Notes: generated by a model not told the origin, from the sequence alone. A DNA stretch of 39,680 nt from an uncultured archaeon (GCA_964590575.1 CAZPWM010000023.1:1-39680); one strand, 5' to 3'; positions 16,970 to 26,899 are shown, numbered from the stretch's first letter. Program-made: numbers and translations.

Positions 16970-19006
16970 TCATCTATACTTCCGGAAATAGATTACAACT
17001 GCTATGACAAGAACGGCCCCCGATACTCCCACGATTATCATGGTTGTTAGTATCTCCAAGCCCAGTGTATAGGGTCCAACAACGAATGCTGATACTGCAA
17101 TCTGCATATTATATATTATGGGCTTGACTCCAACATAGCGCGCGAACCCAACATATGCAAGTCCATTGTCACATATATCCAACTTCGGTTCGGATCCCGG
17201 CACGGGCCAGTGGTCATCTCCTATTATCTTGTCCCAGAGAAGATTCCCACTTGAATCGAACTTTACTAGATGATACTCGAATGTGAGCTGCATTCCGTGC
17301 AGTATTACTAGGACGCTTCCATCCGGTGTTACATCAACAGATTTGCACTGGAAAAACCACGAACTACCATCTGATAATGGAATTGTGTAATTTGTGTGCC
17401 ATAATTGGACGCCGTTCGAACTCCACTTGCTGACCATGACTTGCCATTCATCCGCGTGTTCTCCTGACCCCCCACCCTGAGTGGCAGTGTAGATATTTCC
17501 ACTATCATCGAAATTAACAGCCCAGGCGGGCAGGCTAATATTCCAAACAGGCTCACATGTGAGATCACGTTTCTCCACTAAGCTCGAATCCCAACTATAC
17601 ATTCCATCAGGCTGCATCTCTAATTCTGCAATACCGGGTAATAATGCAATTAGATTGTTGGTCTTATTCCACAGCAATGCTCCTGATGAGTCGAACTTGA
17701 GAAACGAGGATTTCCAGAACTCTGGGTCAAATCGTAAATTGTAGTAAACTGACCAAACAAAGACACTCCCGTCAGAAGCGACCGCGATGGCATTTCCTTC
17801 CTCATCATAAATCCCGCCCCACTCAGTCTGCCAGAGAACATCGCCATTTGGTGACCACTTTGTAACTACAAGGTCCTTACTCTGAGTTTCATCGGAGGTC
17901 CTGATATATCCCGTAGTGTAGATATTCCCATCATGAACTGTCATTGCATGACCATACGTCATATTTTCGAGATGCTTCGCCCAGATCAACTCCAACCTCG
18001 AATTGTATTTCAACAGGAACTGGTACGAAAAACGTTTCCCCTCTTCTTCATAGTACTCATAACCTGAAGAAGAATAACAGAGAACGTAGACTGAGCCATC
18101 TGTATCTGTTTCAATATCGCTGAACATCTCTGTGGTGTTCTCAAATTCATCAGGAACATCAGGAAACACATCACGAACCGAATATTCCCACGTACTGTTG
18201 AATAGTGGTAGAAGAACTTGTGACGGGTCTGGGTCTTCTTCCATGTACACCCAGAGTTCCATACTCTTTATTCTGATACTGACTGACCCTTCGTAAAACT
18301 CCCAAGGGTGGCCTCCCGAGAACGATTCAAACTGAAATCTAGGTGCTAGACCAATGGCTGCCTGAACTATATCTTCAGGGTCCTCTTGGAAACCGGTGGC
18401 ATTTTCAATCATCCCTCCCCAAGTCCCATTTAAATCGAAGTAGTTGAAGTTTGGTCTACGTTCTTGATAGATCTCGCTATACAGTGCATCTCTCGATTCA
18501 TATACTTGTATCCAGTTTCCTGATGAATCAATCATCCAAACATAAACTCTAAACATGAGGTTTCCATAATCCTCGGTTGCAAAAGAACCAGTTAGAGTTG
18601 TGCTAAGATTAAACTGGAACACAGCATCTATTGGCATTTCATTTGAAAGCCATTCAAACTCTTGGTAGAAGTAGATGAAATCAAAGCAATCAGGTAGGTT
18701 TTCATCTTCCCCGATTCTAAAGTCAAGAGATGTGTTAGCAACATGGTCCCACGTCAGTTCTATATAGTTGAAATCCTCATCATCGACCGCTTGGTGATAG
18801 CTGGATGAAAACTCATCTGAAGTCCCCTCAATCACTGTTACCGGTTCTGTAGTGAAGTATGGGTCATCGATGAAATTTTCAATCGATACACTTGATGGTA
18901 CACTATTGGAATTGCGTACCAATCCACCAGTTGCAATTTCGCTGACTACGCCAACTTGGCCAATCAGTATGAAGATTACAAGAAGCACCGCTAGATACAT
19001 ACGCAC
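16970..19006 (-). CDS. secreted/surface glycoprotein with beta-propeller (SBBP-like) repeats and C-terminal TM anchor
   Basis: N-terminal hydrophobic signal; repeats K(W/F)(S/D)..G..LW; acidic composition; many N-x-S/T sequons; C-terminal TM followed by RKYR. Confidence 0.85.
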   Translation of the reverse strand: MRMYLAVLLVIFILIGQVGVVSEIATGGLVRNSNSVPSSVSIENFIDDPYFTTEPVTVIEGTSDEFSSSYHQAVDDEDFNYIELTWDHVANTSLDFRIGEDENLPDCFDFIYFYQEFEWLSNEMPIDAVFQFNLSTTLTGSFATEDYGNLMFRVYVWMIDSSGNWIQVYESRDALYSEIYQERRPNFNYFDLNGTWGGMIENATGFQEDPEDIVQAAIGLAPRFQFESFSGGHPWEFYEGSVSIRIKSMELWVYMEEDPDPSQVLLPLFNSTWEYSVRDVFPDVPDEFENTTEMFSDIETDTDGSVYVLCYSSSGYEYYEEEGKRFSYQFLLKYNSRLELIWAKHLENMTYGHAMTVHDGNIYTTGYIRTSDETQSKDLVVTKWSPNGDVLWQTEWGGIYDEEGNAIAVASDGSVFVWSVYYNLRFDPEFWKSSFLKFDSSGALLWNKTNNLIALLPGIAELEMQPDGMYSWDSSLVEKRDLTCEPVWNISLPAWAVNFDDSGNIYTATQGGGSGEHADEWQVMVSKWSSNGVQLWHTNYTIPLSDGSSWFFQCKSVDVTPDGSVLVILHGMQLTFEYHLVKFDSSGNLLWDKIIGDDHWPVPGSEPKLDICDNGLAYVGFARYVGVKPIIYNMQIAVSAFVVGPYTLGLEILTTMIIVGVSGAVLVIAVVIYFRKYR

Positions 19007-19223
19007 CTACGAATCCTCCATCCCTCTGGACACTCTATCCCAGATTTAAGTGTCGCGAACCATGGAAGTGGATGAAAAGGAATAGCATTACTCTCTTAAT
19101 CACAAGTGTGTCTTCAATTCATGGACCAACTAGATTCTCCTGCTGAATCAATACTGCTGATTGGCGATAGTTTCCAACTTGCTATCTCAAACAACCGTTG
19201 ACTCGCGTGTGAGCTAAATCTTA

Positions 19224-19237
19224 CGAAACCTTATTAG
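19224..19237 (+). promoter_or_regulatory. putative BRE/TATA for the Rab-like GTPase
   Basis: CGAAACCTTATTAG about 115 nt upstream of the start, implying a long 5' UTR. Confidence 0.35.
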
Positions 19238-19351
19238 TGCCATCAGACTTCTTTCGCTTTACATGCCAACCGCCCATCACATGCAGGTGACTAGACAGAT
19301 GAGCAGCTCGCACAGAGAACAAGAATGTTTATTCAAAGGGGGGTCTATTCT

Positions 19352-19900
19352 TTGAGCTCAGCGTATGATTTTTTGTTTAAAATTGTTGTTTTGGGCGAGG
19401 GTGCTGTTGGTAAAACTGCTATAGTGACCAGATTTTCTCACGGCTTCTTCAGGACTGACTATAAAACTACCATCGGAAGTCAGTTCGCAGTGAAGAATGT
19501 TGATATTGCCCGCGATAAGGGCAATGTCACCGTGAAGTTGCAGATCTGGGACGTGGCTGGGCAAAGCCGGTTTCAAATCCTGAGACCCATGTACTACAGG
19601 GGCTCAAGTGGGGGTCTCTTGGTGTTCGACGTGACCCGGAGAAGGACCTTCATCGTGCTTGAGGAATGGTTAGATGAGCTATACAGGGCAATCAACAAGA
19701 AGATCCCCTTAGTACTTGTGGCCAATAAGACAGACCTTCCTGACCGAGTTGTCGAGCCATCTGAAGGGCATGAGTTTGCTGACAAGCATGATATGCCATA
19801 CATCGAATCTTCGGCAAAGACCGGAGAGGGGATTGTTGACATCTTCCAGGAGCTCGCAGAGGTTCTAGTGATTAATCGCGAGCAGAGTAACAATTACTAG
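19352..19900 (+). CDS. Rab-like small GTPase (Ras superfamily)
   Basis: G1 GEGAVGKT, G2 TIG, G3 WDVAGQ, G4 NKTD, G5 SAK; RabF-like IGSQF, KLQIW, RF, YYRGS, LVFDVT; no C-terminal Cys. TTG at 19352 follows GGGGGGT. Confidence 0.95.
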   Translation: MSSAYDFLFKIVVLGEGAVGKTAIVTRFSHGFFRTDYKTTIGSQFAVKNVDIARDKGNVTVKLQIWDVAGQSRFQILRPMYYRGSSGGLLVFDVTRRRTFIVLEEWLDELYRAINKKIPLVLVANKTDLPDRVVEPSEGHEFADKHDMPYIESSAKTGEGIVDIFQELAEVLVINREQSNNY

Positions 19901-19968
19901 ACTGATATCTTTACTAATTGTTCCCATCCCAACGAATATCAGTGAGAGTTGCATGGTGAAATAGAGCA

Positions 19969-20550
19969 ATGAGCAAGCCAGATGAATCACATCCAGTAAA
20001 TGCAATCCCTCCATTAGCTTGGGCTTTAGAACTCTACATGAAAGCTGGTGGAAAATTCAAGGAAGGAAAGACGATAGAGCTCATCTTTCCGGTTGAGGAC
20101 CATAAGGAGATGATGCGTAAGAAGGGGACCCATGAGATCTCCATGTGGTTTTCGAAGGGCAAGCTTCACCTCAGAGCAAGATGCAATTATGATAAAGCTT
20201 GCTCCTTCAACTCTGAGAGGATCAACGGCGCAAACAGAGACGCCGTGAAGAAACTCGTGTGGGGTGAAGCTAGGTCGGACACTTTCTTCAAGGCTCTGCG
20301 AAAGTGGGTGGTACGTCTAGATCTTGATTTTGTGACATTCATCAGGGCTCTCAACACAGTCTGTGACAAACGAGTCGAGATACCATTAACAACAAAGTAT
20401 GGTCGAACGTTCCAAAAATTCGATGAGTACAGACGGAACAAATGGCCAGAAGATGCCACACCAGACAACCGAGAAAGATTCATCGAAGAAGTATTGGTTC
20501 GTGTTTCGTTCTGGATTCAGTCAGCAAATCAGGTTGGCGCGTTGAAGTAA
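19969..20550 (+). CDS. hypothetical protein
   Basis: 193-aa ORF with GGTGA RBS; basic and Trp-rich; no family recognised. Confidence 0.8.
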   Translation: MSKPDESHPVNAIPPLAWALELYMKAGGKFKEGKTIELIFPVEDHKEMMRKKGTHEISMWFSKGKLHLRARCNYDKACSFNSERINGANRDAVKKLVWGEARSDTFFKALRKWVVRLDLDFVTFIRALNTVCDKRVEIPLTTKYGRTFQKFDEYRRNKWPEDATPDNRERFIEEVLVRVSFWIQSANQVGALK

Positions 20551-20620
20551 GCATACTTAGACCAATCAAAACTGCTTTAGAGCATGCGTGTTCGTTAGGG
20601 GATGAGGTTGTATCAAGCTA

Positions 20621-21757
20621 ATGAACATTGGCCTACTTGTGAATCCTATAGCTGGAATGGGCGGTCGTGTCGGTCTAAAGGGCACTGATGGAGTTGTAGA
20701 GGAAGCCATCAAGAGAGGTGCTTCTCCTGTGGCTCCCGGTAGGGCTCTCGAATTTCTTACAGCCCTAGAGTCAGTCATCTCATCCTCAAAGCTTAGAGAT
20801 GATATACGAATCATCACCTGTCCCGGAAAGATGGGTGAGGATGTCGCACAGGAGGCTGGTTTGAAGCATGAAGTTGTTGCTCTTGATATCGAGAATTCCA
20901 CTGATGCTGATGATACAAAGGATTGTGTCTTATCACTCTATGAAGCTGATGTACGACTTCTGATTTTTGTAGGTGGAGATGGCACTGCCCGGGACATCCT
21001 TGACGCAGTTATAGCCTACGAGCTTGAAGATCTTCTAGTTCTTGGAGTTCCATCAGGAGTCAAGATGTACAGTGGGATTTTCGTGGTGAATCCCGCTGAT
21101 GCTGCGGAGGTTGTTCGGCTTGTTTATGATGGAACTGCACAGACTGCAGAGTTTGAGATTATGGATACTGACGAGGAAGCAATCAGGAAAGACCAGTTCA
21201 TTATCAACCTCTATGGCTATCTGACAGGTCCTTCTGTCCCTGCAAGATTTCAGGGAGCTAAGCAAGCAAGTCCAGAAACCACTGACGAATATGAGGCACA
21301 GGAAGCAATTGCCAAGTACATCATTGAGGAAATGGATCAAAATGGAACATATATCCTCGGTCCCGGAACTACTGTGAAGACTGTTGCTGATATGCTCAAG
21401 GTAAAGAAGACCACACTTGGTGTTGACGTGTACAAACAAGGCACGATATACAACGATGTTAACGAAGAACGAATTCTGGAATTGGTTGTTGACTTCAGCA
21501 AGACGTGGATTATTGTGTCCCCAATCGGTCATCAAGGAATTCTGTTCGGAAGAGGGAACCAACAAATTAGCCCAGGAGTGATTGAACGTGTTGGGCGAGA
21601 CAAGATCATCGTGATCAGTACCCCTTCAAAACTCAAAGGAATCGCTGGTGAAATTCTACGAGTTGATACCGGTGACATCAAAGTAGACGACATTCTTCGA
21701 GGGTATATCAGGGTAATCACTGACTATAATGAAATACGCCTAACAAAAATCGGATAG
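20621..21757 (+). CDS. ATP-NAD kinase family protein (COG3199-like)
   Basis: GLLVNPIAGMGGRVGLKGTDG, GGDGTARD, GVPSGVKMYSG, GRGNQQIS, LRVDTGD. Confidence 0.9.
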   Translation: MNIGLLVNPIAGMGGRVGLKGTDGVVEEAIKRGASPVAPGRALEFLTALESVISSSKLRDDIRIITCPGKMGEDVAQEAGLKHEVVALDIENSTDADDTKDCVLSLYEADVRLLIFVGGDGTARDILDAVIAYELEDLLVLGVPSGVKMYSGIFVVNPADAAEVVRLVYDGTAQTAEFEIMDTDEEAIRKDQFIINLYGYLTGPSVPARFQGAKQASPETTDEYEAQEAIAKYIIEEMDQNGTYILGPGTTVKTVADMLKVKKTTLGVDVYKQGTIYNDVNEERILELVVDFSKTWIIVSPIGHQGILFGRGNQQISPGVIERVGRDKIIVISTPSKLKGIAGEILRVDTGDIKVDDILRGYIRVITDYNEIRLTKIG

Positions 21758-21767
21758 GGGTGGCTGC

Positions 21768-22502
21768 ATCATAATTGTACTAATGACAGACTTTGGAGCG
21801 TCTGAATACGCAGGGGTACTACGTGGGGTAATATACTCAATCAATCCCGATGCTCAAATAGTGGACCTCACTCATTCAGTGCCGTCTCAGTCGATTCGAG
21901 AGGGTGCATGGATTCTCCTTCAGAGTTACAAGTACTTCCCCCAAGGAACTGTGTTCGTTTCAGTTGTGGACCCTGGCGTTGGAACGGCTCGTGATGCTGT
22001 TGTGGTAGTGACAAAGAATTATATCCACATAGGTCCTGACAACGGGTTACTATATCCAGCTGCATCTGAAGACGGTATTGAACGAGTCTACCGGATACTG
22101 ATTGACGAAGGTGTGTCAAAGACATTTCACGGTCGGGATATATTTGCAAAGGCTGCTGCTTACCATGAAGCGGGAACTCTCGGAGTGATGTCAACTGAAT
22201 TAAAACCAGGTCTTGATCAGTTGCTCGTGTTTCATCAGGAAGGACGAGAGGGGGAGGTTGTTCGCGTAGACAAGTTTGGAAACATAATAACGAACATCCC
22301 TGCAGTTCAGAAGAAGAAGTATCTCCTTTCAGTTCGGGGTGAACAACGTGAACTGTCCTTCTCTGAAACCTACGAGTATGGTCCTGAGGATGGGGTTTTC
22401 CTGGTCCTCGGTAGTTATGATACGCTGGAAATCGCTGCTAAGAACAGACCTGCCATAGATATCTTAGCGCTGGATGTTGGTGAGCGGATTACAATAGAGT
22501 AA
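21768..22502 (+). CDS. SAM hydroxide adenosyltransferase / chlorinase-fluorinase family (DUF62)
   Basis: TDFG, VDLTH, VVDPGVGT.R, GPDNG, TFHGRDIFA, VDKFGN..TN, LEIA. The start is ATG at 21783 or an upstream ATC/ATA codon. Confidence 0.92.
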   Translation: MIIVLMTDFGASEYAGVLRGVIYSINPDAQIVDLTHSVPSQSIREGAWILLQSYKYFPQGTVFVSVVDPGVGTARDAVVVVTKNYIHIGPDNGLLYPAASEDGIERVYRILIDEGVSKTFHGRDIFAKAAAYHEAGTLGVMSTELKPGLDQLLVFHQEGREGEVVRVDKFGNIITNIPAVQKKKYLLSVRGEQRELSFSETYEYGPEDGVFLVLGSYDTLEIAAKNRPAIDILALDVGERITIE

Positions 22503-22504
22503 GT

Positions 22505-23239
22505 CTATGAAGTATCTCCCTTGTAATAGGGACAGGACTTCTCCTCACAATCTCTACTTTTTGGAGAAAATTTGCAGGATTTGTATTCTGGAACCTCCCC
22601 TAGATCGATATCATACTCCTTTCGAAGGAGGTCCATAGCAGCAGTCAGTCCAATGTATGTAGCCCTCTTACAGCATCGCCTGAGTCCATCCTGTGATAAA
22701 ATCAATGCTGCTGAGGTGGCTTTATGTGCAACCGTTCTTTCCGGACCTTTTGTTGGAGTAGAACCAAGGAAAAGGGCAACCGCAACGCCAGCTCCAACGC
22801 AAGCTCCACATGTGCCTGCATATCCACAGAAACCACCTGGGATTTTCATACCTCGCCTGATGCCTTCAAGAACCATTTCGTATGTTATTGGGGACCCATC
22901 AGGTCTGGATAATCCGCGATTCTTCATTGCGATAAGTATCGCTGCAGGGACTAAACCATGGTGTTCAGGACCATGAAACTTGAAACTTGGATGCGACATT
23001 GCTTTCTCTGCCACATCTTTTGGGTCCTTGCTTTTGTCAAGCTCAGCGAGTCTTTGTAAGAATTCAACAGCATCGCTAGAATGACAGGAATCACAAACAA
23101 AATGCCCATCAGGACAGTAGATTGGGGAAGATTCACTCTCTCCACAGTAAATGCATACTTGTTCTTTAGCAGTCTTGTCATATACAAGGTCAGAGCCACA
23201 TACCATGCATGCAATATTGTGTTCTGTGTCTCCAGTCAT
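22505..23239 (-). CDS. Cys-rich DUF5714-like metal-binding protein
   Basis: Three N-terminal CxxC pairs plus C..GH, HGPEHH, PGGFCG..G.CGA..G, RCCKR, C-terminal C..C..CPY. Confidence 0.75.
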   Translation of the reverse strand: MTGDTEHNIACMVCGSDLVYDKTAKEQVCIYCGESESSPIYCPDGHFVCDSCHSSDAVEFLQRLAELDKSKDPKDVAEKAMSHPSFKFHGPEHHGLVPAAILIAMKNRGLSRPDGSPITYEMVLEGIRRGMKIPGGFCGYAGTCGACVGAGVAVALFLGSTPTKGPERTVAHKATSAALILSQDGLRRCCKRATYIGLTAAMDLLRKEYDIDLGEVPEYKSCKFSPKSRDCEEKSCPYYKGDTS

Positions 23240-23343
23240 GATACTTCTTCACCAGATATGCTAGTCCGTTTTATAGTGGACAAAAACCTATTGATATAAC
23301 GGAACTAGCTCATGAAATCCGAGAGACTCCTTTTACTATTGGT

Positions 23344-23967
23344 ATGGGTTTGGCCAACTTCATGTACTATTCAATATTTGACACCAAGTTTGGTACCTGT
23401 GGGATCATCTATAGGAGTATCGAAGATGCTGGAATAGTGCATATTCTATTACCTCGGTCTAAGAAGGACATCATAGCGCGAATCAAGCAACTTCATACTG
23501 ACGCTACGGAAGCAGAATCATCAAAGATTCAGGGTTTAAGCAAGGCCATCGTTCGATACCTAAAGGGAGAACGTGTGACCTTCTCAATGGACCTTCTTGA
23601 TACATCAGTATGTTATCCTTTCCAGCTCAAAGTCATCAAGACTGAAAGAACAATCCCCCGCGGGAAGACTGCAGCCTATGGATGGGTGGCCCGTAAGATC
23701 GACACAAAAGGAGTTAGGGCTGTTGGGAGTGCTCTGGCTCGAAATCCCTTTCCTCTGGTTGTGCCCTGTCATCGTACAATTCGCTCAGATCGGACACTTG
23801 GAGGGTTTCAAGGCGGTCTTGAGATGAAACGGGTATTGCTTGAGATGGAAGGTGTTGAGTTTGATTCGAAAGGTCGTGTGCAACCAGATTTCATCTTGAA
23901 TAAAGATTCAAAGATAGGTAGAATGGACACGGGTCTCCATTTCAGTTTCTTGTCCTTAACGATATAG
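23344..23967 (+). CDS. ogt: methylated-DNA--protein-cysteine methyltransferase
   Basis: FQ.KV...IP.G...YG, RAVG.A...NP...VPCHR, GGF.GG..MK..LL..EG. Start may be the ATG at 23362. Confidence 0.93.
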   Translation: MGLANFMYYSIFDTKFGTCGIIYRSIEDAGIVHILLPRSKKDIIARIKQLHTDATEAESSKIQGLSKAIVRYLKGERVTFSMDLLDTSVCYPFQLKVIKTERTIPRGKTAAYGWVARKIDTKGVRAVGSALARNPFPLVVPCHRTIRSDRTLGGFQGGLEMKRVLLEMEGVEFDSKGRVQPDFILNKDSKIGRMDTGLHFSFLSLTI

Positions 23968-24043
23968 CTATTCATTGATGACAATGTCGTACGTGCAGAA
24001 GATGATGTAAGTAACTAAATACCGGGATGTCTTTCTGCAGGAT

Positions 24044-25258
24044 ATGTCTCGCGTCATTGTCTTAGGTGGTTGCGGAATTGTTGGTATTCAAGCAGTGAAG
24101 GCACTGGTTGCAACCAATGACTTCGATGAGATTGTAATTGGCGACATCAATTTGGAGAAGGCAAACAAGTACATTGAGGAGATTAGAGACCCACGCCTAT
24201 CCTCATACATGGTTGACCTGACAGACTCTAAAATGATCGAGGAGGCGATTGAAGCCGCTGATATTGTTCTCAACTGCTCAGGACCTTTCTATAAGCTCGG
24301 ACCAATTATTCTCAAGACGGTGATTGACTCGAAGATTGACTATGTTGATGTTTGCGACGATTTAGATGCAACCAAGAAACTTCTTGATATGCATGAGGAG
24401 GCAAAGACAGCAGATATCTCAGCACTCATAGGGATGGGTAGTTCACCCGGTGTTGCCAACCTTCTGGCAAAGTTCTGCGCTAACCATATGCTTGATGAAG
24501 TAGAGTCTATCGATATTCTTCACACTCATGGTGGTGAACCCTCTGAGGGTCCTGCTGTAGTTGCTCATCGGATTCACAGCATGACCTCTCCCATTCCTGT
24601 GTTCCTTGAAGGTAAATACACCACAGTGAACTATTTTGAGGAGGACGGTGTTGCGCTTCGCGAAGAAGTAGATTTCCATCAGATTGGAAAGTACACTTGC
24701 TATCCATACCCCCATCCCGAAACGATAACACTACCGAACTACATTAAATGCAATAGAGTCACCAATCTCGGCTGTGTCCTTCCCCCTGAATACTATCAGC
24801 TCACACAAGATGTTGTTCGAGTTGGAATCATTGATGAAATCCCAATTGATGTGAGCGGACAGCAGATTACACCTCGAGACTTTGCAATTGCCTATGTCAT
24901 CAACGAGAGAGACCGTATCCTCCAAGAAACTGACTTTGGTGAACAACGAGGTTGTCTCAAAATAACAATAAAGGGCATTGAGGATGGTGAGTTTAGGCAG
25001 TATAATTTCCAGATGTCATCAATTGGACAGTCCATGGGTGAAGGGACAGGCATCCCCGCTGCATTTGGAGCAATCTTAATGCAACGTGGGAAAATCACTG
25101 AAAGGGGTGTATTGCCTCCTGAGGCATGTGTCAGTCCACTTGATTTTCTTGGTCTTATGCAGGAGCATCTCAAGCTCGACAGCATGACTAGTGGGGGGTC
25201 TCCACTGATCATTGAATCAATAGATAAAGATGGCAATTTAAAACAACTAGAGATGTAA
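24044..25258 (+). CDS. saccharopine dehydrogenase-like NAD(P)-dependent oxidoreductase
   Basis: Rossmann VLGGCGIVG, NCSGPFY, YVDVCDD, GMGSSPG, HPETITLP, TGIP, GVLPPE. Confidence 0.88.
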   Translation: MSRVIVLGGCGIVGIQAVKALVATNDFDEIVIGDINLEKANKYIEEIRDPRLSSYMVDLTDSKMIEEAIEAADIVLNCSGPFYKLGPIILKTVIDSKIDYVDVCDDLDATKKLLDMHEEAKTADISALIGMGSSPGVANLLAKFCANHMLDEVESIDILHTHGGEPSEGPAVVAHRIHSMTSPIPVFLEGKYTTVNYFEEDGVALREEVDFHQIGKYTCYPYPHPETITLPNYIKCNRVTNLGCVLPPEYYQLTQDVVRVGIIDEIPIDVSGQQITPRDFAIAYVINERDRILQETDFGEQRGCLKITIKGIEDGEFRQYNFQMSSIGQSMGEGTGIPAAFGAILMQRGKITERGVLPPEACVSPLDFLGLMQEHLKLDSMTSGGSPLIIESIDKDGNLKQLEM

Positions 25259-25318
25259 AATTAGCTTAGAGTCATTCTATATATGGCGGTTTGCCTATCA
25301 GGAATATTGGGTTAGGAT

Positions 25319-26899
25319 ATGACCGCGGAGCAAAGCGAAAAGAAGTATGTGATAGCTGTCGACCATGGTACTTCTGCCATGAAGGTAGCACTTGCTGATA
25401 CATGTGGTGAGATTTTTGGGTTTGAGTTCGAGGAAACCCCGCTCTATATTTTCGAAGGCGGAGGTGCGGAGCAAGATCCAGATGAATGGTGGAACGCATT
25501 CATCAAAGCCACAAAACGACTTCTATCTCGAGGAATTGTCCCCATTGAAAAAATAGTAGGTATCTGTGTGTCAAGCCAATGGTCTGGGACGGTAGCTGTT
25601 GACGAGGATGGTCGCCATCTGTATAACGCGATCATCTGGATGGACTCTCGTGGAGAGCCTTATATCAGAAAGATAAACGAAGGCATCATCAACGTTTCAG
25701 GTTACGGAATCCTCAACATTGCTCGCTGGTTAAGAAGTACTGGAGGTCTCCCAGCAAAAGCTGGAAAGGATTCCATAGCACATATTCTATTTCTGAAACA
25801 CGAACATCCTGATGTATACAAATCCACGTACAACTTTCTCGAACCGAAGGACTACATGAATCTTAGATTGACTGGACAATTCGCAGCCTCATATGACTCA
25901 ATCATGCTCCATTGGGTTACTGACATTCGCGATATTAACAATGTACACTATAACAAGGGTCTCATTAAGAAAATGGGTATTGATGCCGATAAACTGCCTC
26001 GGCTGATGAGTTCTGTTGACATTCTTGGTCCGGTGAAACCAGAGATTGCTCAGGAGTTGGGGATTCGTCAAGATACTCAGGTGGTCGTAGGGTCCCCTGA
26101 CCTTCAGTCTGCTATCATAGGCTCAGGTGCAGTGCGTGACTTTGAAGGCCACATCTACATTGGAACGAGTAGTTGGACTACATGTCATGTTCCTTTCAAG
26201 AAGACTGATATCTCGCACAATATGGCGGCAGTCCCCTCGTCGATTCCAGGGAAATACTTCGTGGCTAATGAACAGGAGAGTGCTGGAGCCTGTTTGACTT
26301 TTCTAAGGGACAAAGTATTCTATACAGGAGATGAATCTCGAGAAGGAAATCCTGAGGTGTATCAGGAATTTGATGAAATCGTACCCCAATCTCCACCTGG
26401 GAGCAATGGACTGATTTTCACCCCTTGGCTCTATGGAGAACGAACTCCCGTAGAGGACCATACACTCCGAGGGGGTTTCCACAACATGTCACTTCATGTG
26501 AACAAGGAGGACATAGTCCGCGCAGTCTTTGAGGGTGTGGCTTTCAACACTCGTTGGCTGTTCGAGCTGGTTGAGAAGTTCATCAAACGTAAAATGGACC
26601 CCGTGAATATTATCGGTGGCGGTGGGAAGTCCGATATTTGGTGCCAAATCTTTGCAGATGTCCTCAATAGGACCATCAGGCAGGTCAAGGATCCAATATT
26701 GGCTAATGCTCGCGGAGCTGCTTTCATTGCAGCGTCAGGCCTTGGTTTTTGCACCTTTGATGACATCCCAAGCCTCATTCAGTACTCAAACACATTCAAG
26801 CCCAATCCCGATAATAGAAACCTCTATGATACACTCTTCAAGGAGTTCCTTAATATTTACAAGAACAATAAATCAATGAATAAACGACTGAATGAATAG
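25319..26899 (+). CDS. FGGY-family carbohydrate kinase (xylulokinase-like)
   Basis: AVDHGTS.K, EQDPDEWW, IIWMDSR, IGTSSW, PWLYGERTP, RAVFEG, GGGGKS..WCQIFADV. Confidence 0.92.
   Translation: MTAEQSEKKYVIAVDHGTSAMKVALADTCGEIFGFEFEETPLYIFEGGGAEQDPDEWWNAFIKATKRLLSRGIVPIEKIVGICVSSQWSGTVAVDEDGRHLYNAIIWMDSRGEPYIRKINEGIINVSGYGILNIARWLRSTGGLPAKAGKDSIAHILFLKHEHPDVYKSTYNFLEPKDYMNLRLTGQFAASYDSIMLHWVTDIRDINNVHYNKGLIKKMGIDADKLPRLMSSVDILGPVKPEIAQELGIRQDTQVVVGSPDLQSAIIGSGAVRDFEGHIYIGTSSWTTCHVPFKKTDISHNMAAVPSSIPGKYFVANEQESAGACLTFLRDKVFYTGDESREGNPEVYQEFDEIVPQSPPGSNGLIFTPWLYGERTPVEDHTLRGGFHNMSLHVNKEDIVRAVFEGVAFNTRWLFELVEKFIKRKMDPVNIIGGGGKSDIWCQIFADVLNRTIRQVKDPILANARGAAFIAASGLGFCTFDDIPSLIQYSNTFKPNPDNRNLYDTLFKEFLNIYKNNKSMNKRLNE

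Noticed and set aside
19007-19351. tRNA or ncRNA in the longest intergenic gap
   Set aside because: No cloverleaf or T-loop motif; only short, weak inverted repeats.
21783-22502. Halogenase (fluorinase/chlorinase) for natural products
   Set aside because: It has the TFHGRD-type motif of the widespread SAM hydrolases and no biosynthetic cluster context.
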